From a virus, in the IMG/VR virus record IMGVR_UViG_3300045988_146774, positions 64,001 through 128,000 of that record: 64,000 nt of DNA; one strand, written 5' to 3'. The position numbers and the translations under genes are program-made. The notes under the pieces were generated by a model. The model was given only the letters and a program-made list of their open reading frames with translations. It searched no databases and was not told the DNA's origin. Below are positions 9,632 through 19,557 of the stretch, piece after piece (position 1 is the stretch's first letter; each line of letters begins with the position of its first letter).

Positions 9632-9751
9632 TTCACAATGTACGCCAAAGAAACATTGTATTTTGAGACAAACGTACTTCGCAATGTGTACCGAATTACA
9701 TTGTATTTTGAGACAAATTCCTTTCACAATGTAGGACAAAGAAACATTGTA
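9632..9751 (+). ncRNA. type III antitoxin-like tandem RNA repeats (ToxI/CptI-like), ~2.6 copies of ~45 nt
   Basis: ttcacaatgtacgccaaagaaacattgtattttgagacaaacgtac / ttcgcaatgtgtaccgaattacattgtattttgagacaaattcct / ttcacaatgtaggacaaagaaacattgta. The period is 45-46 nt. Each unit has an internal acaatgt..acattgt inverted repeat. Confidence 0.7.
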
Positions 9752-9787
9752 GAGGAGTGGTTCTGTTTAACAGATCACTCCTTTTTT
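9752..9787 (+). terminator. rho-independent terminator between repeat array and toxin ORF
   Basis: ggagtg 9754-9759 pairs with cactcc 9776-9781, followed by tttttt. The position matches the attenuating terminator of type III TA loci. Confidence 0.65.
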
Positions 9788-9803
9788 GATACATAGGAGA
9801 AAA

Positions 9804-10349
9804 ATGAAAGAACATGCTTTATATTTTGGGAAAAATGAGTATTATGAAATAATCAGAAGGAATGGTGGAACATGGAATGATTCAAAGGAAAGACCAATTG
9901 TATGTTTGATGAAATCCATAGAACACGAAAAGTTATATTGGGCTATTCCAGTTGGTAATTATTATCATAGAAATGAAGCTGCACGAGAAAGATTAGAAAA
10001 ATATCTTGGAAAAGATAAAAAGAATATACAATCTTGTTTTTATCATGTTGGAAATACAAATGAAAAATCTATTTTCTTTATAAGTGATGTTATACCTATT
10101 ACTGACAAATATATAGAACGGGAATATTTGAATAAAACAAGAAAGGTTCATGAGATAAAAAATAAAAAATTGTTAAATGAATTGGAGTATAAACTTAGTC
10201 GTATATTATCGTTTGAAAACAATAAACCAAATTATTTCCGTCAACACATTACAGACATTAAAACTTATCTGTTAGAAGAATTGAGACAGGAAGAATTACA
10301 ATCTCAAGAAGAAAACACAGAAGAACAAATCCAAGAATCAGAGCAGTAA
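9804..10349 (+). CDS. type III toxin, ToxN/AbiQ/CptN-like endoribonuclease (putative)
   Basis: ATG 9804 lies 3 nt after AGGAGA; the ORF-track start at 9786 overlaps the terminator. 181 aa. ERPIVCLMKS..EHEKLYWAIPVG and FFISDVIPI parallel the RPxxGIV...YxAPLTS and NxxxMIP segments recalled from ToxN/AbiQ. The repeats-terminator-ORF architecture is diagnostic. Confidence 0.65.
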   Translation: MKEHALYFGKNEYYEIIRRNGGTWNDSKERPIVCLMKSIEHEKLYWAIPVGNYYHRNEAARERLEKYLGKDKKNIQSCFYHVGNTNEKSIFFISDVIPITDKYIEREYLNKTRKVHEIKNKKLLNELEYKLSRILSFENNKPNYFRQHITDIKTYLLEELRQEELQSQEENTEEQIQESEQ

Positions 10350-10366
10350 TCACACTGCTCTTTTAT
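10341..10366 (+). terminator. rho-independent terminator after toxin gene
   Basis: gagcag 10341-10346 pairs with ctgctc 10355-10360, followed by ttttatt. Confidence 0.6.
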
Positions 10367-10442
10367 TATGTCAAAAATAAAGAGTAGAGAAAATTTTACC
10401 CTCTTCTATTCTACCACTTATATCCACAATCTTTACATTCAA

Positions 10443-10686
10443 ACTAACTACGTGCTGTTTTACTAAATATTCCAAGCAACCCTACTCCTACTGCTTTTGA
10501 TGCTGCGGAGATACGTTTGATATTTGTAAAATTGCATGTTGGGCAAGTTATTTGTGTGTTTGATTGTTGGCTTGAGGATTGATGTTGGGTGGATGTCGCA
10601 TTCCCTTTTACAGTACTCATTCTGTTTTCGTAGGTTTTTTCTGAAAATTGAAAACCGCCAAATTTATTAGCCAGAATACAGTAATA
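10443..10686 (-). pseudogene. truncated paralog of the C-terminal half of the zinc-ribbon gene 11789..12325
   Basis: The - strand frame reads ..ANKFGGFQFSEKTYENRMSTVKGNATSTQHQSSSQQSNTQITCPTCNFTNIKRISAASKAVGVGLLGIFSKTARS*. This parallels KKYGGNQFSECAYRHRL...THQHQSIQQQHITQVTCPYCKSTNTKKISAVSRAGSILGFGLFSKK. The N-terminal half and a proper start are missing. Confidence 0.55.
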
Positions 10687-10738
10687 TTACTAAATACAAT
10701 ACAATAGATTTATTTTTCATTTTGATATAAATAAAAAA

Positions 10739-10976
10739 AGAATAATACAATAAATAGACTCATCTCAGGTGCTAGACCACCAGGTGCATCAGTGAAATAA
10801 CGCAATTTACTATTATCTAGATGGTAAAGAACGCCAATGCTCACAAACATATTCCAGTCTACCGAAGCGGACTCTCGTATATTCGTGAACGTGTACTGGT
10901 TTCAGCACATTATACGTCATATAGCAATCACCTCCAAGATACACCCTTGAGATGAGCCTGTTTATTGTATTATTCT
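10739..10976. repeat. ~31-bp imperfect inverted repeats bracketing a 176-bp segment
   Basis: Left arm: agaataatacaataaatagactcatctcagg (10739-10769). Reverse complement of the right arm (10946-10976): agaataatacaataaacaggctcatctcaagg. About 28 of 31 positions are identical. Confidence 0.6.
10813..10920 (-). CDS. 35-codon mini-ORF inside the inverted-repeat element (hypothetical)
   Basis: GGAGGTGA then 7 nt then ATG. Product MTYNVLKPVHVHEYTRVRFGRLEYVCEHWRSLPSR. Below the ORF-track length cutoff. Confidence 0.35.
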   Translation of the reverse strand: MTYNVLKPVHVHEYTRVRFGRLEYVCEHWRSLPSR

Positions 10977-10984
10977 ATATTATT

Positions 10985-11677
10985 TTATTTGTTTTTATTT
11001 AATAATTTTTCTGCTTTTTCAAGTTCATATTTATTATGTATAGAACTTATTAATGCCTTTAAGAAACTTTTCATTTGCTCTATGTCGTATTCGGGATGTT
11101 TCACCATGTAATGTGTTTCGTCGTTTCCAAGCCACGTGGCTGCATTCGCTAATTTTTGTATAGGTTCAAATTCGATTTTTTGGCAACATTTTTCCAATCG
11201 GCATTCTCCAATAGCTTCTTTGGTTAGATTTTGTTCTTGTTGTAAATAGTCTTTCACAAGAAATTCAAGAGCTTTTCTGTAACCTGTGCCGGCTATTGTA
11301 AGCAAACCTTGTCTTTCACATTCACACGCCTCAGAAAATATTTTTGTAAAATCTGGATATTTGTCTTTAATATCTTGAGGAATTGAACTTTCTTCAATCT
11401 CTTTCGGATATGGATATCTAACATCTTTTTCAACATTTTTCAAACTACTTTTCATGTGATATAGAGATACATAATATTGTTTACAATTTGTACAATACCA
11501 AACTGCAAATAAAAGAGGCTTCTCCTTTTCATTGAAAGATCTAATTAAACATCCGTTTGCATATTCTGGTTTTCCAGACTTATGACATATTGGACATGTT
11601 GGTTCGATTTCTACAGAACTTGAAACTTTCGCATTTTCAATTTGTTTCGAATCAAATAATTTTATATCAACATTCAT
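10985..11677 (-). CDS. DUF4145 domain protein with N-terminal zinc ribbon
   Basis: 230 aa. N-terminal CPICH...YCTNCKQYY. The C-terminal segment TIAGTGYRKALEFLVKDYL...LGNDETHY fits the DUF4145 pattern (R.alE.l.kd...GN.aaH) as I recall it. Confidence 0.55.
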   Translation of the reverse strand: MNVDIKLFDSKQIENAKVSSSVEIEPTCPICHKSGKPEYANGCLIRSFNEKEKPLLFAVWYCTNCKQYYVSLYHMKSSLKNVEKDVRYPYPKEIEESSIPQDIKDKYPDFTKIFSEACECERQGLLTIAGTGYRKALEFLVKDYLQQEQNLTKEAIGECRLEKCCQKIEFEPIQKLANAATWLGNDETHYMVKHPEYDIEQMKSFLKALISSIHNKYELEKAEKLLNKNK

Positions 11678-11788
11678 TTATTGTCACATCCATTAACCTT
11701 ATACATAAAATTATATATTAATTGCTTTTTATTGTATATACGGAACTAATGTTTTGGTAATTTTTACCATAATTGATACATAAAGCTG

Positions 11789-12325
11789 TTAGAAATCACT
11801 ATTGCAATTGTTACAATGCCATTCTTTTCCCAATTTCTTAGAGAACAATCCAAATCCAAGGATTGATCCTGCTCTGCTTACTGCTGATATTTTTTTAGTG
11901 TTTGTAGATTTACAGTATGGGCAAGTTACCTGAGTTATGTGTTGCTGTTGGATGGACTGGTGTTGGTGGGTGGATTGATTTTTATTTTCTTGTTTTATTA
12001 AACTCAATCTATGACGATATGCACATTCAGAAAATTGATTACCGCCATATTTTTTTGAGAGAATGATATCATAATCATTTTCATTGTCCATATTGTTGAT
12101 AAAATCATTCATGGTTTCTTTTGTAATAATTGTTTTTATATTACAAAAGCGACATTTTTTGTCGGCGTTTAATTCATCGCTTGAGTATATCATTGCACAT
12201 TTTGGACAGATATAAATATAGTCATCTGCTTCTAAATTTGAACTTAAAGGGTATCCACACTGATTGCATTCTTTAGCATAATTACTAATTTCTTTCCCAC
12301 ATTCAGGACACTTTATTAATGCCAT
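11789..12325 (-). CDS. double zinc-ribbon protein (hypothetical)
   Basis: Start at the ATG of MALIKCPECGK.. preceded by GGAGGAA; the ORF-track start is 14 codons further upstream. CPECG..CNQCG, CPKC..CRFC and CPYC..CNNC motifs. Confidence 0.55.
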   Translation of the reverse strand: MALIKCPECGKEISNYAKECNQCGYPLSSNLEADDYIYICPKCAMIYSSDELNADKKCRFCNIKTIITKETMNDFINNMDNENDYDIILSKKYGGNQFSECAYRHRLSLIKQENKNQSTHQHQSIQQQHITQVTCPYCKSTNTKKISAVSRAGSILGFGLFSKKLGKEWHCNNCNSDF

Positions 12326-12373
12326 ATTATTTCCTCCGAACAATCTTATAAATTTATTTAAGTATATCATGAA

Positions 12374-12402
12374 TTGTAAAAGTATGCCAATAATTTTATA
12401 TT
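12374..12402 (+). promoter_or_regulatory. candidate sigma70-type promoter immediately upstream of TMP exon 3
   Basis: TTGTAA 12374-12379, 17-nt spacer, TATATT 12397-12402. The predicted start falls within a few nt of A12407/G12409. No Shine-Dalgarno precedes ATG 12407. Confidence 0.3.
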
Positions 12403-12409
12403 CATTATG

Positions 12410-15400
12410 CAGTTTAAAGACTTAGGAAGTTTATTTGATAGTTTTGGAGAACTTAATTTTAAACATGCAAGTAAAGCCTCTTCTTTTGCGGATTTGGATG
12501 GAATAGATAAAAACACTATAAAAGGTTTGTTTAAAATAGATAACAATGATATTAGTGATTTTACAATGGCTCAAATTCAGGCAAAAGCAAGTACGATGGG
12601 ACTTACTGAGTCATTAACAGATGAATTAATGGCTATGTCAAAAGACGCTGATTTTACAGCCAAAGCAAAAGTCGGTAAAGTAACTTGGGGGGAAGCACTA
12701 AAAGAAGGTTCAACAAATGCGGATCAAATAGGGAAAGCATTAATGAAATCTTCCGATGTTTCCGATAAAGCAAAGAAAAAATTATCGGAAGTTTATGATA
12801 AATTTGGAAGTGGAAGTCAAGTATATCAAAAACAGATAGAAAATATTATAAATGGTGCAAATGGTTTAGATGATATTTCTGGTAAATTTACAACTCTTGG
12901 GGCTGATGTCCAAAAATCTACTGGAATGTTCGAATCCGCTGGTAATATTATCAAAGGATTCTTTGCATCAATAAAAGGGTATATTCCTATTCTTGCTGTT
13001 GCCGGAACAGCTTTCGCAGCGTTTAAACTTTGGGACTATTCTCAAACTGGATATACTAGAGCTAAAGAGAAAGCAGAAACTTCAGCTTCTACTTTTTCAG
13101 AAGATAAATCTAATCTCCAATCTCTTCAACAAGAACTTGATACAACAAAGAGTAAAATTGAAGAACTCAATGCTACAAAAGAACAGAATGGTGGATTGTC
13201 TCTTACTGATGAAGCGGAGTTATCTAGACTTGAACAAGAAAATGCCCAGTTGGAGCGTAAGGTCGCAATTCAGAAACAGCTCACAGAAATTTCCGCACAG
13301 GCTGCTTCAAGTGACGCTCGAAAAGCTGCCAATACTGCCCAAACATATTGGGATCATCTTAAAGAGAAAAATGGCGGAGGATTTTTTGGAACGCTAAAAT
13401 CTATTCCTGAATATTTTGCTACAAAACGTGAAGAAAAAGATGGAAAAGTTTATCTCACTAAGGAGAAAAATACTTGGGAAAAAGAAAATGGTGGTAAAGG
13501 AAATACCACTCTTGAAAATCAAACAAAAGCCAATATTAAAACGCTCAAAGATTACCAAAGTCAATTAGAAGATATTGAAACTCAACTTGGAAGTTCTGAT
13601 TTGACAAAAGGAGAAAGAAAAAGTCTCCAAAAACAGCAAAAAGAACTTAGTGAAAATATTGCTGATACAAAGCAGACTTTATCTACACAGACAGACCAAC
13701 TTCAGCAGTGGATTGATGCTTCATATGGGGCAGATGGAAAACTTGAGTCTGGAGCATCTAAATATGTAGATAATTGGAATAAAATCATTAACGATGTTAA
13801 CAATACTATCGGGCAAAAGACCAAAACACAAATTGACGCAAGTAATTTAGATACTTACTTCAACTCTTCTTCTGGTTCTGCTATGAAAGAATATTTGGAG
13901 AATATTGTTGAGGAAGGCGGATCTGCTCAAGATGCACTTGACGCATTTAGAGAGTCCGGAATGCGTCTCAAAGATATTGATGTTTCAGAAAATGGATTTC
14001 TTACATATTTTGAAGATGTAAAACGTCAGGCAGAGGAAGCAAAGCAAGCTGCGGAAGATTATTCCGCTTCTGTTTCAGATGTAGAATCTGCAACTGAATC
14101 TGCAAATCAGGACAAAGATTGGTCTACTATCCAAAGTGCTTATAAGGCTGCAAAGGAATCATTGAAAGAAGGCAAAACTGGAACCGATGATTTTCAGACT
14201 ATGGCAAAATTCCTTAACTCCAATGCGGTAAAGAAATATGCAGAGCAAGGCGGTAAATATACTGCTGATGCTTATCAGAAAGCTTTCCAAGAGGCAATGG
14301 GAACAGCCGATAGATGGTTTGGTGATGATGAAGCCACTAGTATGAAGAATTTCGTCAATGACTTCAAAAATAAAGGATTGTGGGATGTCTCTACTGACGC
14401 AATGGGTCTTTGGGATATCAAAACAAACTTTAATACAACTGCTGAAGCTGCTGACAAGTTTGGAATGAGTGTTGAATCCGTAGAAACAATGTTGCATGGT
14501 CTTGAAGCCTATGGATATGACTTTAGTGACATTATGTTTTCTGCTGAAGGTCTTGATGAATATAAGACAGCTCTTGACGGGATTAAATCTACATATGATG
14601 AAATGACGGATGGTGCTGCTAAAGATAGACTTGGATCATTGATTGATAGTTTTGAATCTGAATATGATAAATTCCAAAATGGAGATTTAAAGAATCTTAC
14701 AAAGGATCAGATTGTTAAAATTAAATTTGAGTATGATTTATCTCAAGTTGAGCAAAAAACTCAAGAGTTGATTGATCAAGCTGCAAACAGTGGCTCTAAT
14801 AATGATTTAGCCGGAGCAATAGTTTCTCAGAAAAAAGAGCGTGATTTATTAGAGGGACGGACGAAATATACAAAAGATTCTGATGAAGGGTATTCATATT
14901 CTTATGATCAGATTGATAAGCTCCAACAAAAAATGACTGGCGCAACAAAGACAGAACGAGCAGAGATTAATAAGCAAATTCTTGCATATCAAGAAATGCA
15001 AAATAATTTTCAGAAATACAGACTTGATGGTGGAGATTTAAATTGGAATGATTATTTGGATACTCCTTCTGCTACCGCTGCTTTTGATGAGATTATTAAA
15101 AAAGGTCTTATGACAAAAGACCAACTCAAAGATTTGTTTGGAGAAAAAGCAACTTATGAGATTGATGCAAAGCTCAACGACGATAATCTCCAAAGCAAAT
15201 TAAAGAAGCTTAAATCTGGTGAAAGCATTACTTTTAAAGCAGATGTTGGCGATATTGAGACTGATGTAGAGGCTGTAAAAAATGAAGACGGTACGGTAAC
15301 ATACACAGCAAATATTGGTGGAGTCCCAAAAGAAGTAAATAAAATTGCCGACGCTGAAGGCAAGATTCATTATACTGCTGATTTTGATGGTTCGAAGGAA

Positions 15401-18400
15401 TGGCTTGAGAACAATCTTAAAAAAGAAGAAACAATTACATTCAAAGCTGACGTTGCTGGGGTTACACAAGATATCCAAGCTTATAAAGACGAAGACGGTA
15501 CAATTCATTATTATAGTGTTTTAGACAATGGAACACGCAAAGAACTAGAACAACATAAAAATGAAGACGGTACAATTACCTATACTACTACTGCTGACAC
15601 TTCTGGTGTGGAAAAAGCGACCAAGAAAGCTAAGGAAAATGCTGAAAAGAATAAAATCGAATTAGAGATTACTGCAAAAGATACCAATCTTGTAGATAAA
15701 TATATACAAGAAAAACAGAAAAGTGACGCAGCGAAATCAAAACTATCAGATTCTGAAGCTGTACATGGTAATGTAGATAGTCGTGATCGTCCAATGATTT
15801 ATTGGGACAAAGAAAACCTTAAATCTAATAAATCTGCTCTTAAGAGTTGGGGGCAGAATCCAAAGGATTTAAAAGGATCTTATTCTACTGTCATGGGCGG
15901 AAGTGATGAATTTCAAGGTGTAGAAATTGCATATACTCCTGTGCTGAAGACTGGTGATGGAAAAGGTGAAGTTATCAGCAAAAACACAATGAGTAAGTAT
16001 ATTAACACTCTCATTGATCAAGCAAAATCCGCTGGTGACGGAAATTGGACTACTGAAGATTTATTAAAATTAGATTCTGAAGGTTTATTAGTCGACGGGA
16101 AGAAAATTTCTAATATGATTGCAGATGTTGGTGACACTGCCAAAGAAACCGGCGAAAAGATGCATGATATAGATGATTCTCTTTATTCCGAAGAATATGC
16201 AAAATACTGGGATGAAATTTCTGAAAAGGCTGAAAAGGCTAATATGTCCGTCGAGGATTATGTCAATACAGTTGCTTCTACTAGCGTAACATCAGATAAT
16301 CTTGTAACAAAAGATAATGGATTTGATAAAGTTGTTGAAAACGCAAAGAATGCTGTCGAGACATTAAAAGGGCTTGGTAATGAGAATCTTAAGTTAGATT
16401 TTGATTTTAAAACTACTAATCTTACAGATATAGAAAATCAAATTCAGCAAGCAAAGAGTAATCTTGATCAGTTTAAGAATGATGACGGTACTGTTAATAT
16501 GTCAATCAATGGAGCACAAGAAGCAGTTACAATTCTTGAGACATTGATTCAGCAAAAACAGCAAGCCTCTAATCCTGTAATAATGGAAGTAAGCACAAGT
16601 GGACTTGATTCCGGAGTATCTGGTGCGGTTTCAAAATTAAAGGAGTATCAAAATGCCTTAAACCAGCTTAATACTCTTAATGAATTAAAAACTGCCGGGG
16701 TACAAATTGATGATTCTCAAATATCTGATGCCGAGGATAAAGTAAATGGCTTATTTGATGAAATTCAGAAAGCTTCTGAAAAAGGTCAATTTAAAATAAA
16801 TGCCGATGTTTCTGTAGATTCATCTTCACAAGAAAAGCTACAGTCAGACCTTAAAAACATGACTCCGGAGATTAAAGCAAAAATTACTGCGGATGATTCT
16901 GACACAAAGAAAGATGGCAAGACTACTGAAGCAAAAGTAAATTACAAAAAAGGATCACAAGAAAAACCAAGTCCTAAAAATGCCAAAGTTAATTACAAAA
17001 AAGGTTCTCAGGCAAAGCCTAGTCCAAAGAACGCAAAAGTTAACTATAAAAAGGGTAGCCAGGCTAAACCAAGTCCTAAAAATGCCAAAGTTAATTACAA
17101 AAAAGGTTCTCAGGCAAAGCCGACATCTCCTAAAACAGCAACAGTTAACTATAAACTTGGTACAGTTGCAAAACCACCTGCTGTAACAGTTAAAGTTAAT
17201 TACGATACTTCTGGTGCACCTAAAGTTCTTGGAACAGCGCATGTAAAAGGATCTACTGGTGGTTTATATCCTATTCCACAATTATCAAGACGTGCACTGG
17301 CAAGCGGAACATTGTCTGATTCCTCATGGTTGAAAGATAGATGGAAAACGAAAGACTCTGAAATGGCTTTGGTTGGGGAGGTCGGACAGGAACTTGTAGT
17401 TTCTGGAAACAGATGGTACACCGTCGGTGATAATGGTGCGGAATTTGCTCATATTCCTGCCAAATCAATCGTATTCAATTCTAAGCAGACTGAAGAGCTG
17501 TTGAAAAAAGGGTTTACTAATTCTAGAGGCAAAGGCAATATATCATTACCTGGAACAGAAGCATTTGCATCTGGTACTGCTTACAGGTTAGGCAGCGGAG
17601 CCTCTTCTACTACAAATGCTAAGAAAAAAACTTCGTCTGGAACCAAATCCTACGGAACTTCAAAAGCGAAATCAAGCTCTGGTTCAAACACAAAATCCAA
17701 TTCCAATTCAAATCCTGATTCATCTGAATCAGCAGAAAAATCTGAAGAATTATTAGATTGGATTGAAACTCTGCTTTCAAGGACTTCTAGATTGACAGAG
17801 TTAGCCACAAGTGCTGTTGATCGTGCGGTCGGATTGGCTAATAAGCAGAATGCACTTGTAGATGCGGTTACAAAAACTCAGAATGAAATCACTACAAACC
17901 AAAATGCAGCGAATAAATATTTTGCTCAAGCAAATTCTCTTGGTCTTGCTCAAGGATATGTCGACAAGATTAAAAATGGTACTCTTGATATTGAATCAAT
18001 TACTGATGATAATCTTAAAGATAAAATCTCTAAGTACAAAGATTACTATGAGAAAGGCTTGTCTGCTCAAGATAAAGTCCTCGACCTTCAAGACAAACTT
18101 AATGAACTCTACCAGAAACGATTGGAAATCATAGAAAAAGAATATGATACTATCGTTGAGGTAAACGATTCATTAAAGGATATGCTTGATGCTAAAATTA
18201 GTTACAACTCTGCTTATGGCGTAGCAAATGACAATCAAGATAATATAGATAGTATCAATAAGTCTATCAAAGCACAAGAAGATACTATCAATCAGCTTAC
18301 TAAAAAGCTTGATGCATATCAGAAGGAAGTTAATTCTCAGATTACTTCCGGGACATTGAAGAAAGGTTCTGAAGATTATAGGTCTGCACAGAAAAATCTT

Positions 18401-19287
18401 AATGATTTTACGGCAAATATTTATAAAGCATCACAAGAACTTATCGAGTTACGGGATAAACTTGTACAGTTAAGAGCTGATGCAATTCAGACGATTATTG
18501 ATACGTTCAAAAGACGTTCTGATAAATTGGATAAGTATACTTCTCTTCTTGAAGCTAAAGATGAAACTGTACCAGAATCAGTATATCAGGAAAGACTGGA
18601 TAACAACAATGACACAATTCGTAAGAACCAAGAAGCCAGAGCCATTTGGCTAAAACGACAAGCAACCGAAGATGTAAATTCGGACAACTATAAGAAATAT
18701 GCTGAGGAAATCCAGAAACTTGATGAATCCACTCTTGACCTTATGAAAGACAACGAAGATTTAAAGAACTCTATCTATTCTCTCAGAATCAAAAATCTGG
18801 AAGATGCCATCAAAGGTTATGATGATTTGGAAACTGAGTTAAAAGGATTCAGAGATCTTTTAAATGACGATGCTTTCTTAGATAAAAAGGGTGGAATCAC
18901 AGATGAAGGATTGGCTCAGATTACTCTTCTCTCTCAGAGTATCGGAAATGCAAAACAGAAAATTTCTGACCTCACAACCGGACTTCAGAAAGTAAAAGAA
19001 CTTTATGATAATGGTGTTATCTCACTTAAAGAATATAACGAAAAATCTGCGGAATATCGCAAAGAACTTCAGTCTTCTACAAGTGATGTAAAATCTTATC
19101 AGAAGAGTTTGACTGATTTATATCAGAATGCTTTGAAAACAGAAGTGGATGCACTTCAAAAAGTCATAGATAAAAGAAAGTCGGCACAGACCGCCCTTGC
19201 TTCATATTACGATTTTCAAAAAAAAGTTACATCTCAAACAAATGATGTAAACAGCTTAAAAGCTCAAATTGCAGCACTCGAAGGGGT
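12410..19287 (+). CDS. tail tape measure protein, exon 3 of 4
   Basis: 6.9-kb open frame. It has a hydrophobic segment (GYIPILAVAGTAFAAFKLW), long coiled coils, EDGT-I/V-x-Y repeat modules and the TMP-type motif ALVGEVGQELVV. ATG 12407 lies in frame 3 nt upstream. The 3' end is set by the intron 3 P1 pairing; the tail TLFALFV is read-through. Confidence 0.8.
16934..17211 (+). repeat. 51-nt (17-aa) tandem coding repeat within TMP exon 3
   Basis: KVNYKKGSQ(E/A)KPSPKNA occurs four times, followed by degenerate copies (KVNYKKGSQAKPTSPKTA, TVNYKLGTVAKPPAVTV, KVNYDTSGAP). Confidence 0.85.
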
Positions 19288-19529
19288 AACATTATTTGCC
19301 CTATTTGTTTAATTGCTGGAACGCCCTTAGAGCTACATATACTACAACGAATACATGAAATAAGGTAAATCGTGAATGTTAAAAAATATGTAGATTGGGT
19401 AATCAGCAGCGAAATTCCGAACAGGAATACGTTCAACGACTAGGTAGGATGAGTGTACTACCGTAGGATCGCAAGCGATTGGCGATTCGAAAAATACAAA
19501 CTGTTTATTAATTAAATATAGAATTCATA

Positions 19530-19557
19530 AATCACGTTGAGATATACGTGATTTTTT
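19530..19557 (+). terminator. terminator-like hairpin inside intron 3 upstream of the endonuclease ORF
   Basis: aatcacg 19530-19536 pairs with cgtgatt 19547-19553, followed by tttt. It may limit endonuclease expression. Confidence 0.35.

Larger units (their letters stand above)
7924..12409 (+). mobile_element. group I intron 2 plus ~4-kb accessory-gene island between ribozyme core and predicted 3' splice site (boundaries provisional)
   Basis: A group I core follows directly after exon 2. The TMP frame resumes only at 12410. P10-type 7/7 match: taaactg 7934-7940 with cagttta 12410-12416, directly after G12409. P1 is weak or non-canonical (ttagat 7918-7923 with atctaa 7931-7936, U-A at the splice site). 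Confidence 0.55.

Noticed and set aside
9632-9751. Whether the tandem ~45-nt repeats could be a CRISPR array.
   Set aside because: The repeats are directly adjacent with no spacers, only about 2.6 copies are present, and there are no cas genes. They are followed by a terminator and a ToxN-like ORF, which fits a type III antitoxin array.
12993-19436. Internal and antisense ORFs within TMP exon 3: 12993..13397 +, 14159..14497 -, 14275..14457 -, 15154..15508 -, 16955..17468 +/-, 17862..18134 +, 19227..19436 -.
   Set aside because: They lie entirely inside or antisense to a long, clearly coding frame. They have low-complexity or odd composition and no RBS. They are shadow ORFs.
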